DNA of 64,000 bases from an uncultured Gemmatimonadaceae bacterium. GTDB taxonomy: Bacteria; Gemmatimonadota; Gemmatimonadetes; Gemmatimonadales; GWC2-71-9. The stretch is taken from the NCBI GenBank assembly GCA_964598655.1, contig CAZRCT010000002.1, forward strand, positions 904-64,903, written 5' to 3'. The notes beneath the pieces are model-generated. The model was not told the DNA's origin. It saw only the letters and a program-made list of their open reading frames with translations, and did no database searches. The translations under genes were made by a program, and so were the position numbers. Below are positions 27,038 through 37,139 of this stretch, piece after piece (position 1 is the stretch's first letter; every line of letters starts with the position of its first letter).

Positions 27038-27828
27038 GCGAAGGCGCCCCCGGGAAAGATGCGCCGCGCGTTGCCGCTGGTGACGAGCGCCAGGTCCTCG
27101 GGGCCCAGCAGGCGGCCGAGGGCGCGCAGCTTGGCCCAGCCGGTGCACAGGGTCACGTCGCAGGCCCAGAGCAGGCGGCCGGCGCCCACGGCGCGGAGGG
27201 CGCCCTCGAGCATGCCCCCATCGGTGCCGCTGCCGGAGAGGTCCAGGAACACGTTGGGCACGTGGCGCGCGGCGCGGAGGGTGTGCAGCCAGTCGCCGCC
27301 GCCGCCGATGTGGGCCAGGATGAAGCTGACGGTGGGGTGGCGCCGCGCCAGCCGGCAGAGCTCCACCCCGTCGGACGCCTCCTGGCCGGGCCACTCGCGG
27401 CGGCGGTGCTGCCAGACGTGGTGCAGCACCGGGAAGCCGTGGCGGGCCGCCGCCTCACACACGGGGTCGAGCAGCGGGTCGTCCGCGCGGCGGCTGGCCG
27501 CCAGCTTCACGCCGATCATCCCCCGCCGCTGCCCCAGCTCGATCTCGGCCAGGGCGTGCGCGGTGTGGTTCGGGTTCACCGCGACGTAGCCGCGCACCTC
27601 GGCCGGGTGGGCCGCCTGCAGCTCCCGCATCCGCGCGTTGGCATGCCCGAGGTCGGCCGGCGAGGGGAAGTAGGTGGGGCTGGTGTGGCCCCAACTGCCG
27701 AGGATGGAGGCCACGTGGTGGGTGATCCCCATCGTCCGGCCGGCCGCGAGGCGCGCCTGGTTGCGGGCGTGCCAGTCCGCGTGGCCGGTGCGGTCGTGGT
27801 CGAAGTGGGCGTGGACATCGATCAGCAT
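27034..27828 (-). CDS. Amidohydrolase_2-family metal-dependent hydrolase
   Basis: 264 aa with an N-terminal MLIDVHAHFDH (HxH), internal His (VLHHVW, ILAHIGG) and a late Asp (WACD), consistent with the TIM-barrel amidohydrolase fold. Confidence 0.75.
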   Translation of the reverse strand: MLIDVHAHFDHDRTGHADWHARNQARLAAGRTMGITHHVASILGSWGHTSPTYFPSPADLGHANARMRELQAAHPAEVRGYVAVNPNHTAHALAEIELGQRRGMIGVKLAASRRADDPLLDPVCEAAARHGFPVLHHVWQHRRREWPGQEASDGVELCRLARRHPTVSFILAHIGGGGDWLHTLRAARHVPNVFLDLSGSGTDGGMLEGALRAVGAGRLLWACDVTLCTGWAKLRALGRLLGPEDLALVTSGNARRIFPGGAFA

Positions 27829-27873
27829 GCGGGAATCCTGCCGCCGGCCGGCGGCTTCGTCCAGTCCCGGGGG

Positions 27874-29031
27874 TCATTCCACGCGGGTGCCGTCCGCCAC
27901 CTGGTCCCCCGGGTAGCGGATGACTTCCTCCCCCGCGGTGAGCCCGCCGAGCACCTCCACCGCCGCGGCCCCGCGATGGCCCACCTCCACGGTCCGCCGC
28001 CGGGCGCGGCCGTCCCGCACCACGTAGAGGCACCAGGTGCTGTCCTGCCGGAACAGGGCGCTCACCGGCACCTGGAGCACGGCGGGCGCGCTCCAGACGA
28101 TGACGCGCACCTCCACCCGGAACCGGTCGCCGAGCGCCGCCGCGCCGCGGTCCAGGTCGAGGATCACCGGCACCCGCTGCTCCTCGACCCCCAGCGCGGA
28201 GATCTTGGTGAACCCCGAGGGCTCGACCCGGCGCACCCGCGCGGGGAGCGGCGCGCCCCCGCCCCAGGCCTCGATCCACGCGCTGTCGCCGGGCGCCAGG
28301 CGGGTGGCGTCGGTGCTCAGGTAGTCGGCCCGCACCTCGAGGCGGGCGGGGTCGCCCAGTTCGAGGATCGGGGCCCCGGCGGGGAGGACCCGAGCGCTGG
28401 CCTCGAGGACGCGGAGCACCTGCCCCGTGACCGGCGCATGCAGCGGGACGCGCGCCCCCCGCGGCGCGGTGCGGGCGCCGGTGAGCATCGCCTCCGCTTC
28501 CTCGCGCTCGTGTGCCGCGACCTGGGCGCGAAAGTCCGCCACCTCGAGCTCCTGCCGCCGCGCCACCAGGGCCAGCTCCGCGCGCTCCCGCCCCTCGGGG
28601 GCGATGAGCTCCGCCACGGCGAGGCTTTCCGCCCGGGCCCGGTCCCGCCCGGCCTGCTCCAGGGCGGCCCGGGCGGCCGTGACCTGGGCGCGCGCCACCC
28701 GCTCGGCATCGCGCGCGCGGGCCAGCCGGGCGCTGGCCTCGCCGCTGGTGCGTGGGTCGAGCGGCGCCGCGCCCACCCAGGCCACGATGGCGCCGGCGCG
28801 CACCGAGTCGCCGGCCCGCAGGTCCACCCGCTCGAGCGCGCCGGCGGCCGGCATGGCCACCACGTAGCGGTCGCGCACCTGGGTCTCGCCCTGCTCGTCG
28901 AGCGTCTCGCGGAGCGGCCCGCGGGTGACCTGCGCCGTCTCGACCGGGACGGGAGCCGGCCGGAGCACCCAGGCGAGCCCGAGCCCGGCCACGCCGAGGG
29001 CGGTAAGCCAGAGCACCGTGCGGCGTCGCAT
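27874..29031 (-). CDS. HlyD-family periplasmic adaptor (membrane fusion protein)
   Basis: 385 aa from the ATG at 29031 (MRRRTVLWLTALGVAGLGLAW), with an N-terminal anchor. It has a lipoyl-like domain (AGALERVDLRAGDSVRAGAIVAWV ... APVTGQVL), a long Ala/Arg/Glu coiled-coil and a C-terminal beta-barrel. The tracked ORF to 31035 is read-through over the permease gene. Confidence 0.85.
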   Translation of the reverse strand: MRRRTVLWLTALGVAGLGLAWVLRPAPVPVETAQVTRGPLRETLDEQGETQVRDRYVVAMPAAGALERVDLRAGDSVRAGAIVAWVGAAPLDPRTSGEASARLARARDAERVARAQVTAARAALEQAGRDRARAESLAVAELIAPEGRERAELALVARRQELEVADFRAQVAAHEREEAEAMLTGARTAPRGARVPLHAPVTGQVLRVLEASARVLPAGAPILELGDPARLEVRADYLSTDATRLAPGDSAWIEAWGGGAPLPARVRRVEPSGFTKISALGVEEQRVPVILDLDRGAAALGDRFRVEVRVIVWSAPAVLQVPVSALFRQDSTWCLYVVRDGRARRRTVEVGHRGAAAVEVLGGLTAGEEVIRYPGDQVADGTRVE

Positions 29032-29048
29032 GCACACCTCCCCGCGGG

Positions 29049-31424
29049 TCACTCCCGCGTCTTGAGCACCGCCACGAGATCGAGCCGGTGCACGCGCCGC
29101 CGCACCGTGGCCAGGGACACCACTGCGGCGCCCGCCAGCACCAGCACGGCGAACACGATCGTCCCGCCCCGCACCACCAGCGGGAGCCGGAACAGTTCCG
29201 ACGCGAACCGGCCCACGATCAGCTGGCAGAACCCATACCCCACCAGCAGCCCGAGCGGCACGGCCAGCGCCACGAGCAGGACCTGCTCGCCAAGCAGCAT
29301 GGCGGCCGCCTCCTGCCGGGTGAAGCCGAGCACGCGCAGGCTGGCGAGCTCCCGGGCGCGCTCGCCGAGGCTTACCTGGGCGCTGTTGAACACCACGCCG
29401 AACGCGATCACGCAGGCGAAGAGCACGGTGATGCCGATCGAGATCGCGAAGCTCTCGGCGATGGTGCGCTCGAAGCCCTCCCGCGCGGCCCGCCGGAGCA
29501 CCACGCCGGCGATGGCCGGCCGGCGCTTGAGGACCCCGTGCACGCCCGGGATCGCATCCGCGGCCACCCGGAGGTAGGCGCCGGTGAGCACCCGTTCCCC
29601 GGTCAGGCGGTCGAGGTCCGTGGGGCTCGCGTACGCGGTGAGCCCCAGCAACTCGTCCACGACCCCGCTCACCCGCAACATCGCCCGGCCGCGGCGGCCC
29701 TGCAGCACCTCCACCTCGACCAGGTCGCCGGGGACGACCGCCAGGCGGCTGGCCAGCGCACCCCCGAGCAGGAGCCCGCCAAACGGCGGGGCCACCGGGC
29801 GGCCCTCGGCATCCACCACCCGCCGCAGCGCCGCGTCCGGGGCGAGCTGCTGGAGCCCCGTGAGGCGGCTGCGGGCGCCGGCGCGCACGCGGACGGGCAC
29901 CGCGCGGGCGCCCTCGACCGCCAGCACGCCCGGCAGGCGCGCCAGCTCGCGCAGGACCGCGGGCGCGGCGGGCGTGGTGAACTGCACCGCCACATCCTCC
30001 CGCTGGATGCGATCGAAGACCACCACCTTCAGGTGATCCACCGCATCGAACGCGAAGCGGCTCACCACGCACAGACCGAGCGCCAGCGACAGCCCCACGA
30101 CGGCGAGCAGCGTCCGCCCGGGCCGGCGCTCCATGCCGCGGAGCACCGTGCGCGCGCCGAGGGGGAGGCGCGGCAGGAGGCCCGCGCGGTCGAGGGGACC
30201 GGGGCGATACCCGGGCGGGCCCTCGGGCCGCATCGCCTCCGCGGGGGGCAGGCGGAAGCTGCGCCGCACTGCGCCGAGAGCGCCGACCAGCGCGGCGAGC
30301 GCGGCGAGCAGCACCGCCCACACCACCGTGGCCCACTCCGGCTGCCAGGCCACGTCGGGGAACTGGTAGAAGCGGGCGTAGACCCCCGCGAGCTCGCGGG
30401 CAAACCAGAGCCCGAGCGGCACGCCGACCAGCGCCCCCGCAACCACCGGGGCGAGCGCGAGGCCGAGGTAGTGCCGGGCCACGGGCAACGCGCCGTAGCC
30501 GAACGCCTTGAGCACGCCGATCTGCTCGCGCTCCGTGGCCACGAGCCGCGCCAGCACGAGGTGCAGCAGGAACGCGGTGACGCCGAGGCAGATCGCCGGC
30601 AGCAGGACGCTGGTGACTTCCGTCTCCTCGACCTCGCCCGCGACGAAGCTGTGGGAGAGCTGGTCGGCGCGCCCGTACGCCCCCAGCCCGCCGTAGGGGG
30701 CGAGCAGGCGGTCGAGCGCGGCGAGGACCTCCGGCGCCCGCGCCCCGGGGCGGAGCGTCAGGGTGAGGTCGTTGAAGGCGCCGGTGAGGTCGAGCGCGGC
30801 GGCCAGCGCCGCGCGCGGCATCCACAGCACGCCGAAGCGCCGGTTGTCCGGGAAGATCTCGGCCCCCCCGCGGATCTCGTAGATGAACTCCGGCGAGATG
30901 GCCGTGCCGGCCAGGCGGAGCCACTGCCAGCGGCCGTGCAGCACCGCACCGAGGCTGTCGCCCACTCGGAGCCCGTTGGCCCGGGCAAATGCCGCACTCA
31001 CCAGCACCTCGCCCCGCCGGGCCGGGTCGGGCCACGCGCCGCTGCGGAGCACCGGCCGGTTGAGGCGCGGCGGTCCCGTGGCCGGCAGCGAGACCAGCCG
31101 GCCGGTGGCCGGCTCCGCGAGGCCGGGCACGTCGAGCAGCACGTCCGTCACCGCCCGGGTCTCCGCCACCTCGACGCCCGGCAGCGCCGCCACCCGCGCG
31201 CCGATCGCCTCGGGCGCCCGGCGGAGGGAGACGAACACGTCGGCAAACCCCTGGGCCGCGTAGTAGGCGGCCTGCCGGCCCCGGAGGTACCCGTGCATGC
31301 TGCGGAGCGTCACGAACAGCGCCACCCCGCTCGCCATCACCAACGTCACGGCGAGGAACTGGGCGCGCAGGCGTCGGAGGTCGCGCAGGAGCTTCCGGTC
31401 GAGGATCCGCATGCCGCTCACCAC
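29049..31424 (-). CDS. ABC transporter permease with two FtsX/MacB-type domains (YbbP-like)
   Basis: 791 aa. The N-terminus [26 protein letters not shown] is typical of FtsX-type permeases. The TM1, large loop, TM2-4 module is duplicated (second module around [22 protein letters not shown]). Confidence 0.88.
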   Translation of the reverse strand: MVSGMRILDRKLLRDLRRLRAQFLAVTLVMASGVALFVTLRSMHGYLRGRQAAYYAAQGFADVFVSLRRAPEAIGARVAALPGVEVAETRAVTDVLLDVPGLAEPATGRLVSLPATGPPRLNRPVLRSGAWPDPARRGEVLVSAAFARANGLRVGDSLGAVLHGRWQWLRLAGTAISPEFIYEIRGGAEIFPDNRRFGVLWMPRAALAAALDLTGAFNDLTLTLRPGARAPEVLAALDRLLAPYGGLGAYGRADQLSHSFVAGEVEETEVTSVLLPAICLGVTAFLLHLVLARLVATEREQIGVLKAFGYGALPVARHYLGLALAPVVAGALVGVPLGLWFARELAGVYARFYQFPDVAWQPEWATVVWAVLLAALAALVGALGAVRRSFRLPPAEAMRPEGPPGYRPGPLDRAGLLPRLPLGARTVLRGMERRPGRTLLAVVGLSLALGLCVVSRFAFDAVDHLKVVVFDRIQREDVAVQFTTPAAPAVLRELARLPGVLAVEGARAVPVRVRAGARSRLTGLQQLAPDAALRRVVDAEGRPVAPPFGGLLLGGALASRLAVVPGDLVEVEVLQGRRGRAMLRVSGVVDELLGLTAYASPTDLDRLTGERVLTGAYLRVAADAIPGVHGVLKRRPAIAGVVLRRAAREGFERTIAESFAISIGITVLFACVIAFGVVFNSAQVSLGERARELASLRVLGFTRQEAAAMLLGEQVLLVALAVPLGLLVGYGFCQLIVGRFASELFRLPLVVRGGTIVFAVLVLAGAAVVSLATVRRRVHRLDLVAVLKTRE

Positions 31425-32152
31425 GACAGCGCGCGCGGGTCGGCGCGGGTGGCGTTCCGGGTCACCTCGACGATCGCCCCGCTGCGGAGCCGGATCACGC
31501 GGTCCGCCATGGCGGCGATGGCCGCGTTGTGGGTGATCACCGCGGTGGTGGTGCCGAGCTGCTGGTTGGCGCGCGCCAGCACCTCGAGCACCAGGACGCC
31601 GGTCTCGTAGTCCAGCGCCCCGGTCGGCTCGTCACACAGCAGCACGTCGGGCCGCTTGGCCACGGCGCGGGCGATGGCCACCCGCTGCTGCTCGCCGCCC
31701 GAGAGCTGGGCGGGGAAGTGGTGCAGCCGGTCGCCGAGCCCCACCAGGCGGAGCGCCTCGGCCGGGTCCATCGGCGCCTGGGCGATCTCGGTCACCAGCG
31801 CGACGTTCTCGAGCGCCGTGAGGCTTGGCAGCAGGTTGTAGAACTGGAAGACGAAGCCGACGTGCTCGCGCCGGAAGCGGGTCAGGGCCGTGTCGTCATC
31901 GACGGACAGGTCGTGATCGAGGAAGCGCACCTTGCCGGCCGTGGGGACGTCGAGGCCGCCGAGGATGTTGAGCAAGGTGGACTTGCCGGAGCCGGAGGGG
32001 CCGAGGAGGACCACGAACTCGCCACGGTAGAGCTCGAGGTCCACGCCCCGCAGCGCGTGCACCTCCACCTCGCCAAGGCGGTAGACCTTGGCCAGCCCCT
32101 CGGCCCGGAACACGGCATCGCCGACTGCGATGGGCGCTGCCATGGTCCCCAA
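31418..32152 (-). CDS. ABC transporter ATP-binding protein (MacB/LolD/YbbA-type)
   Basis: Walker [11 protein letters not shown]-loop, signature [14 protein letters not shown], Walker [13 protein letters not shown] and H-loop ITHN. Confidence 0.93.
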   Translation of the reverse strand: MGTMAAPIAVGDAVFRAEGLAKVYRLGEVEVHALRGVDLELYRGEFVVLLGPSGSGKSTLLNILGGLDVPTAGKVRFLDHDLSVDDDTALTRFRREHVGFVFQFYNLLPSLTALENVALVTEIAQAPMDPAEALRLVGLGDRLHHFPAQLSGGEQQRVAIARAVAKRPDVLLCDEPTGALDYETGVLVLEVLARANQQLGTTTAVITHNAAIAAMADRVIRLRSGAIVEVTRNATRADPRALSW

Positions 32153-32200
32153 GCTAGGCGCCGGGACGGCCCGCGGCCTGAGGGATTCGTGAAAGGACCT

Positions 32201-33367
32201 TCAGCGCGCCGCGGCAGCCCGGCAGGCGTCGTCGAGGATGCCGATGGCCCGGTCCACCGCCTCGAAATCGTGCGCCAGCGACGGGAAATTGTAGGCGCCG
32301 CGCTTCCAGAGGAGGCCGCGTTCCGCCGCCAGCCGGACCACCCGGGACCCCGCCTGGTCGTCGGCAAACCGGAGGCAGCTCATCTCGGCGATGCCGGCCA
32401 CGCCGGCGAGCGTGTCGGGGTGGCGTGGCACCAGTTCGGCCAGGCCCGCCATGAGCCGGGTCCCCACGCGCCGGAGGTGGGCCGGTACCTCGTCGCGCAC
32501 CAGCACGTCGAGCGTGGCGTGGGCCGCGGCGAAGCCCAGCAGCTCAGTGGCCAGCGTGGAGCTGATCCAGGTGCGGCGCGCCTGCTCCATGATGTCCCGC
32601 CGCCCGCCCACCGCGGAGAGGGCGAAGCCGTTGGCCAGCGCCTTGCCGAACACCACGAGGTCGGGCACGCAGTTCCAGCGTTCCACCGCGCCGCCGGGCG
32701 CCACGCGGAAGCCGGTCTTGATCTCGTCGAAGACGAGCACGGCGCCGGCGCGGGTGGCCTCCTCGCGCAGCATCAGCAGCCACTCGGGCGGCGGGGCGCG
32801 CTCGATCACGGGTTCCACCACGATGGCGGCGAGCCGGTCGCCGGCGGCGCGGATGGCGTCGCGGCCGCGCGCCGCGTCGCCGAAGGGGATCTCGGCCGAG
32901 AGGCCGGTGATGGCCGCCGGGACGCCGGGGGTGCCCGGGGCCTGGGACCAGTCGAGCCACCCGTGGTAGCCGCAGCGGAGGACGAAGTCGCGGCCCGTGT
33001 GGGCCCGCGCCAGGCGCACGGCGGCGGCCACCGCCTCCGCGCCCGTCTTGAGGAATCGGGTCCGCTCGAGCCACGGCATCATGGATGCCAGGCGCTCGGC
33101 CAGCCGCTCCTCGCTCTCCGGCGCCAGCGGGCCTACCACCCCGGCCTCGATGGCCTCCAGCGCGGCCGCCGTGACCGCCGGATGCGCGTAGCCGAGGGAG
33201 ACCGCCCCGAGCGCCATGATGAAGTCGAGGTAGCGGCGCCCCTCGGCATCCCACACCTCCGCGCCGGCGGCCCGCGCCAGGCGGACCGGCAGGCCCCGCG
33301 GCGCGCCCGTGCCGAAGAGGGCGTCCGGGCGCTTGCTGCCGGTGGAGGTGAAGCCGGGGACCCTCAT
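32201..33367 (-). CDS. Class-III PLP aminotransferase (glutamate-1-semialdehyde aminomutase-like)
   Basis: 388 aa from the ATG at 33367 (MRVPGFTSTGSKRP). The sequence pattern is typical of the GSA-AT-like subfamily (YLDFIMALGAVSLGYAHP, FLKTGAEA, VFDEIKTGFR with the PLP Lys). The start overlaps the upstream stop (ATGA). Confidence 0.85.
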   Translation of the reverse strand: MRVPGFTSTGSKRPDALFGTGAPRGLPVRLARAAGAEVWDAEGRRYLDFIMALGAVSLGYAHPAVTAAALEAIEAGVVGPLAPESEERLAERLASMMPWLERTRFLKTGAEAVAAAVRLARAHTGRDFVLRCGYHGWLDWSQAPGTPGVPAAITGLSAEIPFGDAARGRDAIRAAGDRLAAIVVEPVIERAPPPEWLLMLREEATRAGAVLVFDEIKTGFRVAPGGAVERWNCVPDLVVFGKALANGFALSAVGGRRDIMEQARRTWISSTLATELLGFAAAHATLDVLVRDEVPAHLRRVGTRLMAGLAELVPRHPDTLAGVAGIAEMSCLRFADDQAGSRVVRLAAERGLLWKRGAYNFPSLAHDFEAVDRAIGILDDACRAAAAR

Positions 33368-36108
33368 CGGAGGAGCAGCCTCCCGAGGCGCGCGGGGTCG
33401 TGGCGGTCGCCGCGGAGGTACACCCAGCCCCCGCCACCGGTCCAGACGAGCTGGCCCGCGCGGCGGAGCCGGCCGGGGCGCATCTCGTTCACCACAACAT
33501 CGAACTTCGGCGGCTCCGCCGCCACCGTAGGCGGCCAGCCCGGGGTGGTGAGCCGGAGGGTCACCTGGTAGCCGTCGGCTGTGGCCTGCCAGCGGCCGGC
33601 GGCCTGGCCCTCGCGGGCGGCGGTGCCGGCCACCGGGTGCACCGTCACCGCGTCGCTCCGCGGATCGGGGACGGCGAGCCACCCGGCGAGCGCCTCTCCT
33701 TCCGGGGCGAGGTACACCTGGACGCCGTCGGCGTGGATGAGGTCTGGCTCGTTGTCGAGGCGGAGCGGCGGCGCGTCCGGCGCGCGGAAGGTGACGTCCG
33801 CCTTCCGCACCCGCACCGCCGCGTACACCGCCTCCTCGTCCCAGCCCAGGTGCACCTCGGCCGAGAACTCCCCGGGCCCCGCGTATGGGGTCTCGCTCCG
33901 GCGGTACTGGTCGTCGTGGTCGAGCACGATCACCGGGGTCGGCGGGAAGCCGTCGAGCGTGCCGTCGAGCGCCGGCGGCCGGTGCAGGTGCTCCACCACC
34001 GCCTCGGGTGGCACCCAGCGTGCCGGGCCCACCGGCGTGGGGATGTCCTCGAGGGCGGCGGAGAGGAGGTTGCGCTGCGGGCCGCGCAGCGTGACCCGGC
34101 CGCCGGCGTCCTCCACCTCCCAGCCGTCACTGGCCAGGCGGTGGGTGGTGGCGGCGGCGCCCTGCACCACGATCTCGCCCGGCGTGAAGCTGGCGGAGGT
34201 CACGGCGCCCGCGTCCCAGCCGAGGACGGTGGCGAACCGCACGAACCGTCCGCGCTGGCGCCGGAGCAGGAAGGGGCGTGGCCCGGTCTCGCCGGGGCGG
34301 CCCGGGCCGGTGGCGCGCAGGAGCTCCCCGGCCCCATCGAAGATGCCGGTGAGGCGGTGGTCGTCCACCGTGGCCTCCCACGCGACGGGCCCCGGCCCGG
34401 CGGGCACGAAGCGCTCGGCCCCGGTCGCGAACTCATCGGCGAGCTCCGCCGGTTCCCAGCGTCCCGGCGTGGTGACGCGCACCTCCCCGAGCGGGTGCCA
34501 CGGCAGCTCCACGAGCTGCTCCTGCTCCGCCGCGACCTCCAGCACCTCCACGAGCTGCGTGGCGCCGGCCACCACGGTCCGGGTGCAGCCGGCGTAGCTG
34601 CCCCGGGCCCAGGCCCAGCGCGGCCCGGCGTCGAAGTTCTCGCAGCGCGCGCTGCCCCCGCGCTGCGAACGGCCGTCGAGCCGGGGGGCGTTGTGGGCGA
34701 GGGTGGCGCGATACCAGAAGAGGTCGCGCGTCAGGTAGGAACCGGTGCCGGGATCCGCCAGCCAGTGCACACCGCCCGCGTGAAGCGTGAGGTGCAGGCG
34801 ATCGGGATGGCCATGACCGCCGCTGTCAGCGCCGCAGTCGAGGCTCGCGTACGTGTCGCCGAGGCGGAGGACGGCCAGCCCCTCCTCGGTCAGCAGCGTG
34901 CTGCCGGGGAGGGCGCCCTCACCCGCGGGCAGCGCCGGAGCCATCGTGAGGAGCATCCACCACGAGAGGCCGGTGCGGTCACGGGCGGCGGGCGCGGGGA
35001 GCCCCGCCTCCCCGAGGTAGGAGTCGAAGGTCTCCGCCGGCGGCGCCGGCAGCGCATAGAGGTGGCGGAGCCAGGCCGCGAGCTCACCCGCCGGCTTCAC
35101 GTGGCCGGCGCGGAGCAGCCCGCCCAGCCCGTGCTCCCAGAGCTCGAGATACATGGGTTGCGCCAGCGAGACGCCGAAGCGGGCGTCCTTCCGCGCCGGG
35201 AAGGTCCCGTCCGGCAGCGCCGAGTGGATGGGCGCCGAGAGCGCGAGCGCGAGGCGCCTGGCGCCTTCCGCCTCCTCGAAGAGGTCCACGCCGGCCAGCC
35301 GCGCCCAGCCGGCGCCGATGAGCAGGCCCTGCAGCGCGAAGAGGTGATAGTTCTCCCCCTCGTACCACATCCCGTCCGTGCCGAAGCCGTCCGCGAGCGC
35401 GCCCGCCAGCCCGCGCGGGCCCTCGAGCGCGCGACGGGCCAGGTCCTCGTCCTCGAACCAGGCGGCCGCGGCCGCGAGCGCGGCGTTGTGCCACACCTGC
35501 CGGTTGGAGAATCCCTCGTCGAACTCGCCGATCAGGTTGGCGGCCTCGTCGGCCAGCGTGTTGACCGCCTCGAGGGCGTCCTCGTCGAGGACGTTGGCCT
35601 CCCGCAGCAGCCACGCGGCGGTGAGGTAGCGGGTCAGCCAGACCGACTCGAGGTAGGTGGAGAAGAAGAGCCGCGAGGGGCCGAGCACGTTGTCGGCGTT
35701 GGGGAACCCGGGATAGCGCGCGGCGTACTCCACCACCATCGTGGCGGCCCAGTCCACCAGCGTGTCGTCCCCGGCCAGCAGCCCGGCGGCGGAGGCGGAC
35801 ACCACCTGCTCGCCCAGCCAGAGGTGCATCCGCCAGGCCCACCAGCCGTCGTGCCGGCCGCCGGTGGCCACGGCGCCACACCGCGGGCAGGCGTAGCGGC
35901 CGGGGCTGCGCGGGTCGAAGCGCAGCGGCGCGCCGTCCGCGGGGCAGGCGCCGCCGTCGGCGGAGAGCATCCCCTTCACCGCCGGGATGGCCGGCTGGCG
36001 TGTCGCCACGGCCCGGCCTTCCCGCACCAGCCGCTCGAGCAGGCGGGTCAGGTCCGCGGAGGCCTCGACCTCGGCGCGGCGCGCCTCCAGTTCTTCCGCC
36101 GTCAGCAT
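33364..36108 (-). CDS. Heparinase II/III-like protein (alginate-lyase-type alpha/alpha toroid + heparinase II/III beta domain + CBM9/DOMON-like C-terminus), no signal peptide
   Basis: 914 aa. The toroid region contains NRQVWHNAAL and WYEGENYHLFAL. The beta-sandwich contains GGHGHPDRLHLTLH ... LADPGTGSY ... YRATLAHNAPRLDG. The C-terminal ~200 aa resemble CBM9-like modules (SAEVHLGWDEEAVYAAVRVRK, IHADGVQVYL). The N-terminus is hydrophilic (MLTAEELEARRAEVE) and contains C-x20-CxxC. Confidence 0.72.
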   Translation of the reverse strand: MLTAEELEARRAEVEASADLTRLLERLVREGRAVATRQPAIPAVKGMLSADGGACPADGAPLRFDPRSPGRYACPRCGAVATGGRHDGWWAWRMHLWLGEQVVSASAAGLLAGDDTLVDWAATMVVEYAARYPGFPNADNVLGPSRLFFSTYLESVWLTRYLTAAWLLREANVLDEDALEAVNTLADEAANLIGEFDEGFSNRQVWHNAALAAAAAWFEDEDLARRALEGPRGLAGALADGFGTDGMWYEGENYHLFALQGLLIGAGWARLAGVDLFEEAEGARRLALALSAPIHSALPDGTFPARKDARFGVSLAQPMYLELWEHGLGGLLRAGHVKPAGELAAWLRHLYALPAPPAETFDSYLGEAGLPAPAARDRTGLSWWMLLTMAPALPAGEGALPGSTLLTEEGLAVLRLGDTYASLDCGADSGGHGHPDRLHLTLHAGGVHWLADPGTGSYLTRDLFWYRATLAHNAPRLDGRSQRGGSARCENFDAGPRWAWARGSYAGCTRTVVAGATQLVEVLEVAAEQEQLVELPWHPLGEVRVTTPGRWEPAELADEFATGAERFVPAGPGPVAWEATVDDHRLTGIFDGAGELLRATGPGRPGETGPRPFLLRRQRGRFVRFATVLGWDAGAVTSASFTPGEIVVQGAAATTHRLASDGWEVEDAGGRVTLRGPQRNLLSAALEDIPTPVGPARWVPPEAVVEHLHRPPALDGTLDGFPPTPVIVLDHDDQYRRSETPYAGPGEFSAEVHLGWDEEAVYAAVRVRKADVTFRAPDAPPLRLDNEPDLIHADGVQVYLAPEGEALAGWLAVPDPRSDAVTVHPVAGTAAREGQAAGRWQATADGYQVTLRLTTPGWPPTVAAEPPKFDVVVNEMRPGRLRRAGQLVWTGGGGWVYLRGDRHDPARLGRLLLR

Positions 36109-37139
36109 CGTTCCACTCCCGTGGCCGACCAGCCGGCCTCGAGCACGGTGGTCCCAGCGTCCCGTGCCGCGGCGACCCCCGCCGCGCGCTCACCGCCCAT
36201 GACGAAGAACATGCAGCCGCCAGCCCCCGCGCCGGCGGCCTTCCCGCCCAGCGCGCCGGCGGCGGCCATGGCGCGCTCCAGCGCGGCCATCTCCGCGGTG
36301 CACATCCCCGCGTCGAGCGCCTGCTGGCATCGCCAGTTCTCGCTGAGGAGTGCGGCCACCCGCGCCAGGTCCGCGGCGAGGAGCGCCTCCCGCATCCGGG
36401 CCGCGACGTCCACCATGGCGCGCAGAGCCCCCGTCACGCCGGCCTCGCCGCCCTCGTACGCGCCCATGACGCGCGCGATCGTCTCGCCTGACACGCGCGA
36501 GCGGCCGGTGTAGCAGATCACGGTGCGCCGCGCCAGCTCGGCCAGGAAGGCGCCGTCCAGCGCGAGGCGGGTGGCCCGCACGCCGGCCTCCCCGAACTCG
36601 AGGAACTGGAACCCGCCGAGGGCCGCGGCATACTGGTCCTGCCGGCCGCCGGCCATGCCCGCCTCCACGAGTTCCAGGTGGCAGGCCTGCGCCGCGATCT
36701 CGGCGGGGTCGAGGTCGTCGCCGCGATGCGGGGCCAGCGCCGCCACCAGCGCCACGTCGAGCGCGCCCGAGCTGCCGAGGCCGCCCCCGGCCGGCACGGA
36801 CGAGCGGGTGCGGAGCGTGCCCGGCCCCGGCGGGAACATCCGCACCGCCGCGCGATGCAGGTCCAGCACGCCCGCCGGGCGGAGGTCGGCGGGCGTGCGG
36901 ATCATCACCGCCTCGTTGAGGTCCTCGGCGCGCAGCAGCAGCCCCTCGCGGGCGGGCGCGAACTCCGCGCTCACGCGCAGCGTCAGTGCGGCATTCACCA
37001 CGGCGCCGCCTTCCCGGCTCGCGAACGGCGGCACGTCGGTCCACCCGCCGGCGAAGTCGAGCCGCACCGGCGCCGTGGCGCGCGACACCGGCGGCAGCAC
37101 CCGCGGCGACGGGACGGCGGTCATGGCCTCACGTGCCAC
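36102..37139 (-). CDS. GHMP-family sugar kinase (fucokinase / heptose-kinase-like)
   Basis: 345 aa with APVRLDFAGGWTDVPPFASREGGAVVNAAL (fucokinase/HddA-type motif I), the GHMP motif II PAGGGLGSSGALDVALV and motif III GKAAGAGAGGCMFF. Confidence 0.8.
   Translation of the reverse strand: MAREAMTAVPSPRVLPPVSRATAPVRLDFAGGWTDVPPFASREGGAVVNAALTLRVSAEFAPAREGLLLRAEDLNEAVMIRTPADLRPAGVLDLHRAAVRMFPPGPGTLRTRSSVPAGGGLGSSGALDVALVAALAPHRGDDLDPAEIAAQACHLELVEAGMAGGRQDQYAAALGGFQFLEFGEAGVRATRLALDGAFLAELARRTVICYTGRSRVSGETIARVMGAYEGGEAGVTGALRAMVDVAARMREALLAADLARVAALLSENWRCQQALDAGMCTAEMAALERAMAAAGALGGKAAGAGAGGCMFFVMGGERAAGVAAARDAGTTVLEAGWSATGVERC

Noticed and set aside
29032-31035. Upstream part of the tracked 1053-aa ORF (27874-31035) that contains the HlyD gene
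   Set aside because: Only the C-terminal 385 aa (from MRRRTVLWLTALG at 29031) look like a membrane fusion protein. The upstream part overlaps the FtsX permease gene in another frame and is Arg/Pro/Gly/Ala-rich filler. The same trimming was applied to 37121-40222 (SBP), 43252-46017 (GH38), 32201-33682 (aminotransferase), 14436-15803 (cysK), 15350-16297 (cysE) and 58392-59195 (thiE).
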